Shown: positions 8,135 to 16,019 of the stretch, in pieces | Layout: each line of letters opens with the position of its first letter | How positions within the stretch are numbered: position 1 is the first letter of the stretch | Position numbers and translations under genes: made by a program | Assembly: GCA_963815215.1 (NCBI GenBank) | Contig: CAWFFU010000011.1 | Coordinates: 288,001 to 352,000, forward strand | Source of the DNA: an uncultured Trueperaceae bacterium | GTDB lineage: Bacteria > Deinococcota > Deinococci > Deinococcales > Trueperaceae | Length of the DNA stretch: 64,000 nt | Direction of reading: 5' to 3' | The notes under the pieces: generated by a model | Told to the model about the DNA's origin: nothing | What the model saw: only the letters and a program-made list of their open reading frames with translations | Database searches by the model: none

Positions 8135-9052
8135 GTGTCCCGTGCCAACAGCATCCTCCCTCCAACCACGCTGGGCCCGACGCTGCTCGCCGGCGTGGCG
8201 CTCGGGCTCGTCGCCGCGCTCGGCAACGGGCTGTTGTGGCGGCTGTCGCAGTTCGGGCGGCACCCGTACCCGGTGTTGCCGGTCACGCTGGTCGTCCTGT
8301 TCGGGTTGCTGTTCACCGGCCTGCTGATCGATCTGACGTCGGGACTGCGCGCCCGCCGGGCCGCCGTGGCCCTGCTCGCCGCGCTGGCCGCGGGAACCCT
8401 GGCCGCGATCGTCGTGCCCTTCGCCGAACCGCGCTACGCTCTGGCGCCCCTCGCTGCTGTGGCCGCGGCGGCGCTTCTGCGCTCGGGCGCGCGCCGGAAC
8501 TCGGTGATGCTCGGCGCCATGGCCGTCTACGTAAGCTGCACCCTGCTGGCCAACTACACGTTCGACAGCTTCCTTCCCGTCGGGGGGTTCTTCCTGCTCA
8601 ATGTCGGCACCCTGTTCTTCGGCGTCACCTTCACGCAGCGCGATCGCGTCCACGGCTTCGGGCGTCGGGCCGTGTACGCCATGATCCTGGCCGCCGCCGT
8701 CGCCAACGTGGCGCTGTCATCGCACCTGGGGACCCCGCTGCGCTACGTGGCGGTGAGCTTCCTGTCGATCGTACTGTCCGAGACGGCCGACACCGAGATC
8801 TACCAGCGCCTCATCCACCGCCGCTGGATCACCCGCGTGGCCACCTCCAACGCCGTCAGCGCTCCCATGGACACCCTCATCTTCACGTTCCTGGCGTTCC
8901 TGGGGCAGGACTTCGCCACACCCCGCTGGTTCGTGCAGGTGATCGCCACGGACATCGTCGTGAAGTACGCCAGCAGCATGATCGCCGCCACCCGAATGCT
9001 CGATCTGCCGAAGGTGCTGGCACGGCGCGCCGCATCGATCGACGCCCCCTGA
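8135..9052 (+). CDS. VUT family (queuosine-precursor transporter-like) membrane protein with N-terminal TM extension
   Basis: LLAN, GTLFFGVTFTQRDRVH, SETADTEIY, RVATSNAVSAPMDTLIFTFLAF; SD GAGGAGG. Confidence 0.75.
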   Translation: MSRANSILPPTTLGPTLLAGVALGLVAALGNGLLWRLSQFGRHPYPVLPVTLVVLFGLLFTGLLIDLTSGLRARRAAVALLAALAAGTLAAIVVPFAEPRYALAPLAAVAAAALLRSGARRNSVMLGAMAVYVSCTLLANYTFDSFLPVGGFFLLNVGTLFFGVTFTQRDRVHGFGRRAVYAMILAAAVANVALSSHLGTPLRYVAVSFLSIVLSETADTEIYQRLIHRRWITRVATSNAVSAPMDTLIFTFLAFLGQDFATPRWFVQVIATDIVVKYASSMIAATRMLDLPKVLARRAASIDAP

Positions 9053-9123
9053 GCGGACGTCGCCGCTGGTAGGCTGTCATGAGGCCCGACGCCGCCGTGA
9101 CGGGCGGACCCGATAGGAGCTCC

Positions 9124-9585
9124 ATGGCCACCATGACCTTCGCCGACTTCCGGGACGCAGCGGGGCGCGATCTCGGCGTCTCACCCTGGATCGGCATCGA
9201 CCAATCTCGCATCGACGCCTTCGCCGAGTGCACCGACGATCACCAGTGGATCCACGTCGATGCCGAACGCGCGGCCGCCGGCCCGTTCGCCACCACGATC
9301 GCCCACGGCTACCTGACGCTCTCATTGCTGGTGCCGATGCTCGAGGGCGTGGGCGCGTTCCCCGGGGACGGGACCACCGTCGTCAACTACGGCCTCGACC
9401 GGCTGCGGTTCCTCTCACCGGTACCGTCCGCTTCTCGGGTACGCCTGCATGCCCGCGTCGCCGACGTGCGGCCCAAGGGCGACGACCGCCTGCTGGTGAG
9501 CTTCGACTGCGACGTGGAGATCGAAGGCCACGACGGCCCGGCTCTCGTCGCTCAGGTGCTGCACCTACTGGTGGCGCCCACCTGA
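9124..9585 (+). CDS. MaoC-family dehydratase
   Basis: IDAFAECTDDHQWIHVD, TIAHGYLTLSL, NYGLDRLRFLSPV; SD AGGAG before ATG 9124. Confidence 0.9.
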   Translation: MATMTFADFRDAAGRDLGVSPWIGIDQSRIDAFAECTDDHQWIHVDAERAAAGPFATTIAHGYLTLSLLVPMLEGVGAFPGDGTTVVNYGLDRLRFLSPVPSASRVRLHARVADVRPKGDDRLLVSFDCDVEIEGHDGPALVAQVLHLLVAPT

Positions 9586-9610
9586 GTGCGCCTGGGCGGT
9601 GGGCGCTCGC

Positions 9611-10972
9611 CTAGCCTTCGTGCCCGGCGAGGGCGCGGGCGAGACGCCGGGCGATCCCCAGGGCCAGCCCCTCCTCGCCCGGCCGAGTCGCCACCATCAG
9701 ACCCACCGACAGCCCGTCGGGTGTATCGCCGGCCGGAACGCTCGCCGCGGGCGAGGCCAGCACGTTGAACACCGTGGTGTTGCGCAGCATCCGGGCGTTC
9801 GCCTCGAAGTAGGCGCCGTCGTCGCTAAGCGCGTCGATGCGCGGCGGGACGATCGCCAGGGTCGGCGCCACGACCGCGTCCACGCCGGCCAGCTCGGGCC
9901 AGAAGCGGCGCCGAAGGGCGGCCCGGGCGTACCCCAGCCGGATGTAGTCGGCCGACGGCCGGCCGCCGACCTTCAGGATGCGCGCCACCACGCGCGGGTC
10001 CATGGCCTCGCCACGTTCCTTCAGGATCGCTTCGTAGAGGGCGAACGCTTCGTGGCTGGCGAAGCTGCCGTAGCGCCGGTATAGCTCCGGGATCTCCGCT
10101 AGCATCGGCAGCGCCTCCTGCCGCACCTCCATGCCGAGCGCCGCCAGCCGCTCCAGCGCGGCCCGGAAGACCCGCTCGACCGCCGGCTCGAGCTCTGCCT
10201 GCAGCACCGTGGTCGGGGCGAGCACCACCAGCTTCTGAGGCGGCTCGAGAAGGTCGTGGTGGGGTTCGGCCGCCATCGCCTGGTACAGCGCCCAGGCATC
10301 GTCGGCATCACGCGCCAGCGGTCCCAGGGTGTCGAGGGTGGTGGAGAGCGGCACCGCTCCTTCGGTGGGGATGCGACCGTCGGTGGTCTTCAGACCCACG
10401 ATGCCGTTCACCGACGCCGGGATGCGCACCGAACCGCCGGTATCCGAGCCCAGCGCCGCCGCCGCCAGGCCCGCCGCCACCGCCACGCCCGAGCCCGACG
10501 AGGACCCGCCGGGCACGCGCTCGGCGTCGCGCGCGCAGGGCGGCGTGCCGAAGTGGGGGTTGATGCCGATGCCGGAGAACGCCAGCTCGGTCATGGTGGT
10601 GCGGCCCAGGAACACCGCCCCGGCGGCGTCGAGGCGCGCCACCACCGGCGCGTCCTCGTCGGCCGGCGGTCGCTCCAGCAACACCTTGGATCCGGCTGCG
10701 CTGACCTCGCCCTCCATGTCGAGCAGGTCCTTGATAGCGATCGGTACGCCCTGCAACGGGCCGGTGTCGACCCCGGCCCGCAGCAACCGGCTGGCCTCCT
10801 GCGCCTGCCGGCGCGCCCGCTCGGCGGTGACGAGCCGGTACACGAGTCCGCCGGCCGGGTGCCGGTCGATCGCAGCCAGGTAGGCTTCCGTGACGTCGAC
10901 GGGATCGAGCTCGCCCGCACGGTAGGCCCGAGCCAATGAAAGGACGGTCAGGGACGTGGGTTCGGCGGCCAT
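9611..10972 (-). CDS. Amidase signature family enzyme
   Basis: GPLQGVPIAIKD, PGGSSSGS, GSDTGGSVRIPAS. Confidence 0.92.
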   Translation of the reverse strand: MAAEPTSLTVLSLARAYRAGELDPVDVTEAYLAAIDRHPAGGLVYRLVTAERARRQAQEASRLLRAGVDTGPLQGVPIAIKDLLDMEGEVSAAGSKVLLERPPADEDAPVVARLDAAGAVFLGRTTMTELAFSGIGINPHFGTPPCARDAERVPGGSSSGSGVAVAAGLAAAALGSDTGGSVRIPASVNGIVGLKTTDGRIPTEGAVPLSTTLDTLGPLARDADDAWALYQAMAAEPHHDLLEPPQKLVVLAPTTVLQAELEPAVERVFRAALERLAALGMEVRQEALPMLAEIPELYRRYGSFASHEAFALYEAILKERGEAMDPRVVARILKVGGRPSADYIRLGYARAALRRRFWPELAGVDAVVAPTLAIVPPRIDALSDDGAYFEANARMLRNTTVFNVLASPAASVPAGDTPDGLSVGLMVATRPGEEGLALGIARRLARALAGHEG

Positions 10973-11064
10973 GGGCCAGCATACCGTGTCGATCCCCGGC
11001 GCCGGAACGCGCCCGCAGCGCTCCGGGCTCCGCTCCCCCGTCGCGAGGGGCTAGAGTAGGGACC

Positions 11065-11334
11065 ATGCAGCGGACCCGCGCCGAACTCGAGGCCATGAGC
11101 CACGACGATCTCGTCAACCGCGTGCTGGAGCTCCAGGACATGCTGCGTGAGGGCCTGGCCGTGCGGGAGTCGCTCCACTCGGTGCTGAACAGGATCCTCA
11201 ACGCCAAGGAGGACGAGGTCGCACGCTACGCCGACCTGCCGGCCTCCGAGCTCGGCGGTGACCAGGTCGAACTCAAACGCGCCTGGGAGGCCGCCCGGCA
11301 CGCGGTGTCGAACCCCCTGGGACTGACGCGGTAA
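11065..11334 (+). CDS. Small helical hypothetical protein
   Basis: Typical GC3 codon bias; -10 TAGAGT 7 nt before the ATG. Confidence 0.7.
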   Translation: MQRTRAELEAMSHDDLVNRVLELQDMLREGLAVRESLHSVLNRILNAKEDEVARYADLPASELGGDQVELKRAWEAARHAVSNPLGLTR

Positions 11335-11351
11335 GCGCTCCGGGCGCCAGC

Positions 11352-11909
11352 ATGAAGGCCGTCGTCACGACGCGGCACGGCGGCACCGAGGTCCTGCGCT
11401 ACCGCGACGTCCCCGTCCCGCAGCTCGGGCCGGGAGACGCACGGGTGGAGGTCCGGGCCGCCGGCGTGAACAACACCGACATCAATCTACGGCTCGGCGG
11501 GTACGCCTCGTGCGTGACGGGCTCCACTGGGACCGCGGGCGGCGGCGAGGTGATCGCCGTGACCAGCGCCCGCCGTCGGCGTGGTGGCGGACAACGTCGC
11601 GGGCGAGGGGTTCGCGTCCATGCTGAAGGCGCTGCGGCCCGGCGGCCGGCTGGTCAGCCCGGGCGCGATCACCGGACCGATGGTGGACCTCGACATGCGC
11701 GACCTCTACCTGAAGGACCTCACCCTGCCGGGCAGCACCGCCTGGGGCGAGACCGTCTTCCCCGATCGGATCGGCGCCATCGAACGCGGCGAGATCCGGC
11801 CGGTGGTCGAGCGGACCTATCCGCTGGCGTCGATCGTGGAGGCCCAGGAGACGTTCCTGAGCAAGCGGCACGTCGGCACAAGCTGGTGTTGCTGCCCTGG
11901 CAAGGCTGA
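11352..11909 (+). pseudogene. Degraded zinc-binding alcohol dehydrogenase/quinone oxidoreductase
   Basis: N-terminus MKAVV..HGG.EVL..V.AAGVNNTDIN.R.G; central domain missing; C-terminal segment (DNVAG..LRPGG..GAI.GP..DLD.RDLYLKDL..IRPVV.RTYPL..I.EAQ..F.SK.H.G) lies in another frame, then a second shift to KLVL.P. Confidence 0.8.
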
Positions 11910-11992
11910 CGGCGCGGCGGGGTGCGCACAGCGGTGGGCGCGATGCTGGTGCGGGGTGTGTGCCCGCGCTCCTACGCCGTGCTCGGTCGTTC

Positions 11993-12027
11993 AAAACGAG
12001 GGCCCCGTCGTCGACGGGGCCCTCGTT
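11993..12027 (-). terminator. Intrinsic terminator after tRNA-Asn
   Basis: AACGAGGGCCCCGTC/GACGGGGCCCTCGTT 15-bp stem ending in TTTT on the minus strand. Confidence 0.75.
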
Positions 12028-12101
12028 GGCTCGGCGGGTAGGATTCGAACCTACGACCAATCGGTTAACAGCCGACCGCTCTACCACTGAGCTACCGCCG
12101 A
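12027..12101 (-). tRNA. tRNA-Asn(GTT)
   Basis: Reverse complement TCGGCGGTAGCTCAGTGGTAGAGCGGTCGGCTGTTAACCGATTGGTCGTAGGTTCGAATCCTACCCGCCGAGCCA. Confidence 0.97.
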
Positions 12102-12258
12102 CCGCGCGCCCTGGGGCACGAAGCCCCGCCGAAAGCGAAGCGTAGTCTACCAGAGGCCGTAGGCCGGTGCAAGGCGCGCCGGCGCCGTGCCCGGCGTGGC
12201 TCCGAGCGGCCGCCGTGCGCGGCGCTCCACCCGCAGCACCAGCCGGTACGATGGCGCC

Positions 12259-12597
12259 ATGACGCTCGACGAGTACCAGGCCCAGGCCCGCAGCACCGCC
12301 ATCTACCCCGAGGAAGCGCGCGTGCTCTACCCCACCCTCAAGCTCGCCGGCGAGGCGGGCGAGGTCGCCGAGAAGCTCGGCAAACTGATGCGCGACGAGG
12401 GCCTGCTTCCCGGCGACAGCCTCGACGACGCCCAGCGCGACGCGCTCGCCAAGGAGATCGGCGACGTGCTGTGGTACGTGGCCAACCTGGCGGCCGACCT
12501 GGGCCTGTCACTGGAGGCGATCGGCCGCACCAACCTCGACAAGCTCGCCAGCCGCCGCGTCCGCGGCGTGCTGGGCGGCTCGGGAGACGAACGCTGA
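12259..12597 (+). CDS. MazG-like NTP pyrophosphohydrolase
   Basis: YQ..A..TAIYP, LAGEAGEVAEK, KEIGDVLWY, NLDKL.SR..RG...GSGD.R. Confidence 0.9.
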   Translation: MTLDEYQAQARSTAIYPEEARVLYPTLKLAGEAGEVAEKLGKLMRDEGLLPGDSLDDAQRDALAKEIGDVLWYVANLAADLGLSLEAIGRTNLDKLASRRVRGVLGGSGDER

Positions 12598-12635
12598 GCT
12601 CGCACGGCCAGCGGGCGTTCCGGTAGGCTCGGGGC

Positions 12636-13748
12636 ATGCGAATCGCCCCGTTCCGCATCGAGCACTACTACGCCAAGTACGAGTTCAGCGCCGGCTTCAT
12701 GCTGTCGAGCTCGGACGCCGAGAGCCGTAGCGTCGGCGAGTTGCTGGCGCTCGAGGAGGGCGCCCTGGAGCGCTTCTCGGAGCAGCGCCTGGGCTACACC
12801 GAAGCACCGGGCTCGGCGACCCTGCGCCACCAGGTCGCCCGCGTCTACGACACCCTGGATGCCGACGACACCCTGGTGTGCACGAGTGCCGAGGAGGGTA
12901 TCTTCCTCCTCTACCACACGCTTCTGGGCCCGGGCGACCACGCCGTGGTGGAGACGCCCTGTTACGAGTCCGCTCTGCAGCTCGCACGCAGCACCGGGGC
13001 CGAGGTGAGCGTCTGGCGGCGTCACGCCGAGGACGACTGGACGCACGACGTGGACGCTCTGGAAGCGCTGCTGCGGCCGAACACCCGGGTCGTGTACATC
13101 AACACGCCACACAACCCCACCGGCCTGCTCATGCCGCGCGCGGTGTACGACCGGGTGCTGGCGCTGGGCCGTGAACGGGATTTCACGGTCTTCAGCGACG
13201 AGGTCTACCGCGAGCTCGAGCACGACCCGGCCGACCGGCTGCCCGCCGCCTGCGACCTGGAGAGCGGCGCGGTGTCGCTCGGGTCGGTGTCGAAGACCTA
13301 CGGCCTGCCCGGGTTGCGGCTCGGCTGGCTCGCCAGCAAGGACCGGGAGCTGCTGCGGCGCGTGATGGAGCTGAAGTACTACACCACCATCTGCAGCCCC
13401 GCCCCCAGCGAGTTCCTCACCGAGCTGGCGCTCCGTCACCGGGAGACGCTGGCGGAGCGCAACCTGGCCATCGTGCACCGCAACCTGCCACTGCTCGACG
13501 ACTTCCTTGAGCGCCATGCCGACCTCCTCGGCTGGGTGCGCCCCAACGCCAGCCCGATCGGGTTCCTGCGCTACCTTGAGCAGGGTGACGTGCAGGCGTT
13601 CTGCGAGCGCGTGGTGGCCGGCGCGGACGTGCTGCTCCTGCCGGGCACCGTGTACGACGAGCCGGGCCACCTGCGCGTGGGGTACGGACGGGCCAACATG
13701 CCCGAAGCGCTCCAGCGGCTCGAGGCCTTCCTGACCCGCGCCGCCTGA
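12636..13748 (+). CDS. PLP-dependent aminotransferase class I/II
   Basis: NTPHNPTG, FSDEVYR, SVSKTYGLPGLRLGW. Confidence 0.9.
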   Translation: MRIAPFRIEHYYAKYEFSAGFMLSSSDAESRSVGELLALEEGALERFSEQRLGYTEAPGSATLRHQVARVYDTLDADDTLVCTSAEEGIFLLYHTLLGPGDHAVVETPCYESALQLARSTGAEVSVWRRHAEDDWTHDVDALEALLRPNTRVVYINTPHNPTGLLMPRAVYDRVLALGRERDFTVFSDEVYRELEHDPADRLPAACDLESGAVSLGSVSKTYGLPGLRLGWLASKDRELLRRVMELKYYTTICSPAPSEFLTELALRHRETLAERNLAIVHRNLPLLDDFLERHADLLGWVRPNASPIGFLRYLEQGDVQAFCERVVAGADVLLLPGTVYDEPGHLRVGYGRANMPEALQRLEAFLTRAA

Positions 13749-13823
13749 ACCCTTGGACGGTCCTTCATGGGCGATGGGGCAGGGGCCACAGGAGCCCCGG
13801 CCGGCGGCGAGTAGCATCGCAGC

Positions 13824-15920
13824 ATGGGAAACCGTGTCCGCAGGGCCATCGAGAAGGTGTTGCTGGCGACGCTGCTGAGCACCGCCGCCGTCTCGGCGGC
13901 GTTCGCTCAGGACGCTACCGCCGCTCCGAGTTCCGCCGCACCGCCGGCGGATCTTCCGGTCACGAGGGTGGTTCTCTTCACTACCGGGGTAGGGTACTTC
14001 GAGCACAGCGGTACGGTGACCGGCACGCAGCAGCTCGACCTGCCGGTCGCGGCGGGCCAGATGGACGATCTGCTGCAGAGCCTGGTGGTGCAGGACTTCG
14101 ACGGCGGCACCATCCGACCGGTACGCTATGCGTCGCAGGATCCGCTCGGCCGGGTGCTCTCGGGCTACGCCCTCGATCTGTCGAACGACCCCACGCTGGC
14201 GCAACTGCTGGCGCAGGCGCGCGGGGAGGCCGTCCATCTCGAGGCCGGCCAGCCGCTGGACGGGACCATCGTCAACGTAGAGCGCGTGCAGACGCAGGAC
14301 GGCCCGCCCACCACCTACCTCACCCTCCTGACCGCGAACGGCCTGCAGCGCGTCGGCCTCGACGAGGTGCGTAACGTCCACTTCGACAGCGCCTCGCTGC
14401 AGGCGGATCTGGAGGCCGCGCTCGCCGCTATCGCCCGCTACCGCGGCAACGCCGCGAACGCCGTGCACATCCTGTTCTCGGGTGAGGGCGCGCGCCGCGT
14501 GCGCGTCGGCTACGTGCGCGAGATGCCGGTCTGGAAGACCAGCTATCGTCTGGTGCTCGGCGCCGCCGGCACCGCCGACCTGCAGGGCTGGGCCATCGTC
14601 GACAACCCGACCGATATCGATCTGAACGACGTGCAGATGTCCTTCGTGGCGGGTCGCCCGATCTCCTTCGTCACCAGCCTCTACGATCCGATCTACCTCC
14701 AGCGCCCGCACGTGGCGTTCGATCTGGCTCAGAACTTCGTCCCCCAGGCCTACGCCGGGGACAGGGCGCCGGCCGCCAAGAGCGCGGACCGCGCCCTGGC
14801 GCCCAGTCCGGCCGAGAGCGCCGTGACCGGGCTGGCACAGGCGCCGTCCGCCCCGCAGCTCAGCGGCGCCGGGGTGACCGCCATGGCCCAGGGCACGGCC
14901 ACCGGCGCGACGTTCAGCTATGACGTGCAGCAACCGGTGACGGTGGCGCGGCACGAGTCGGCCATGATCCCCATCGTGCTGAAGACGGTGCCGGCGCAGC
15001 GCCTGTCCGTGTTCGACCCGTCCGTGCTGGGCGCGCACCCGTTGCGCGCCGTGCGGCTCGCCAACGACACCGGCCTCCACCTGGCCGCAGGCCCGGTGAC
15101 GGTGTTCGACCGCGGCGGCTTCACCGGCGACAGCCGCATCAGCGACATCGTGCCGGGCGACGATCGGCTGCTCACCTACGCCGTCGACCTGGGCGTCGAC
15201 GTCACGACGCAGGGCTCGAGCGAGCCCGAGCGCGTCACCGCAGTCACCCTCGTCAACGGCGCCGTCACGACCACCGTCAAACAGCGCCTGCGCACCACCT
15301 ACAGCCTCACCTCGCGCGACGGGGCCGCGCGCTTCGTGGTCATCGAGCACCCGAAGCGTCCGGGATACGATCTGGTCTCGCCCGCCGCAGCGCCGGCCGA
15401 GACCCCGCAGAGCTACCGCCTCGGCGTGGCGTTGGCCGCCGCCGACGGCACCGCGCCCGAAGGCGACGCCACCGTCCCGACCGTCACCCACTGCGGCAGG
15501 GCCGGTCCCTGCACCCTCGAGGTCGTCATGGAGCGCACCGTGCGTCGCACGGTGGCGCTGTCCAACCTCTCGAGCGACGTCATCGCCAGCTACCTCGCCA
15601 ACGTCGACCTCAACAGCCAGGACCGCGCGACGCTGCGCCAGATCCTCGACCTGAAGGGCCAGATCGCCGATCTCGACCGCGCCATCGCCCAGCACCGCTC
15701 GCAGATCGACGCGATCTTCCAGGATCAGAGCCGCGTCCGGCAGAACATGGCGGCGCTCGACCGCACCAGCTCCCTGTACAAGCGCTACGCCACGAACCTG
15801 GAGCAGCAGGAGAACCAGTTGCAGACGCTCCGCAGCGAACAGGACGACCTGCAGGCACAACAGAGCGCCCGCCAGGCCCAACTCGACGCCCTGCTGCGGT
15901 CGCTGACGGGCAAATCCTAG
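13824..15920 (+). CDS. Secreted DUF4139/DUF4140-like protein with C-terminal coiled coil
   Basis: Signal peptide; LPV.RVVLF..GVGYFEH, DDLL.SLVV.D, PVWKTSYRL, LQGWAIVDN, ESAMIPI, IF.DQ.R.R.N. Confidence 0.75.
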   Translation: MGNRVRRAIEKVLLATLLSTAAVSAAFAQDATAAPSSAAPPADLPVTRVVLFTTGVGYFEHSGTVTGTQQLDLPVAAGQMDDLLQSLVVQDFDGGTIRPVRYASQDPLGRVLSGYALDLSNDPTLAQLLAQARGEAVHLEAGQPLDGTIVNVERVQTQDGPPTTYLTLLTANGLQRVGLDEVRNVHFDSASLQADLEAALAAIARYRGNAANAVHILFSGEGARRVRVGYVREMPVWKTSYRLVLGAAGTADLQGWAIVDNPTDIDLNDVQMSFVAGRPISFVTSLYDPIYLQRPHVAFDLAQNFVPQAYAGDRAPAAKSADRALAPSPAESAVTGLAQAPSAPQLSGAGVTAMAQGTATGATFSYDVQQPVTVARHESAMIPIVLKTVPAQRLSVFDPSVLGAHPLRAVRLANDTGLHLAAGPVTVFDRGGFTGDSRISDIVPGDDRLLTYAVDLGVDVTTQGSSEPERVTAVTLVNGAVTTTVKQRLRTTYSLTSRDGAARFVVIEHPKRPGYDLVSPAAAPAETPQSYRLGVALAAADGTAPEGDATVPTVTHCGRAGPCTLEVVMERTVRRTVALSNLSSDVIASYLANVDLNSQDRATLRQILDLKGQIADLDRAIAQHRSQIDAIFQDQSRVRQNMAALDRTSSLYKRYATNLEQQENQLQTLRSEQDDLQAQQSARQAQLDALLRSLTGKS

Positions 15921-15950
15921 GCGGGCGACCTCCCCGCCGAGCCTCCCACT

Positions 15951-15994
15951 AGCTGGGGCGGGCCCACGGTCATCGACGTGGGCCCGCCCCAGCT
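15951..15994. terminator. Perfect 18-bp hairpin between convergent genes
   Basis: AGCTGGGGCGGGCCCACG-N8-CGTGGGCCCGCCCCAGCT. Confidence 0.7.
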
Positions 15995-16019
15995 CCCTTG
16001 ACGCGGAGTTACCGCCGAG

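Noticed and set aside
12327..15881. 1184-aa minus-strand ORF, and similar long antisense or alternate-frame ORFs (16188-18821, 24993-26747, 26782-28401, 34503-36257, 36145-38589, 3465-4796)
   Set aside because: Shadow ORFs of well-supported genes in high-GC DNA; no recognisable motifs
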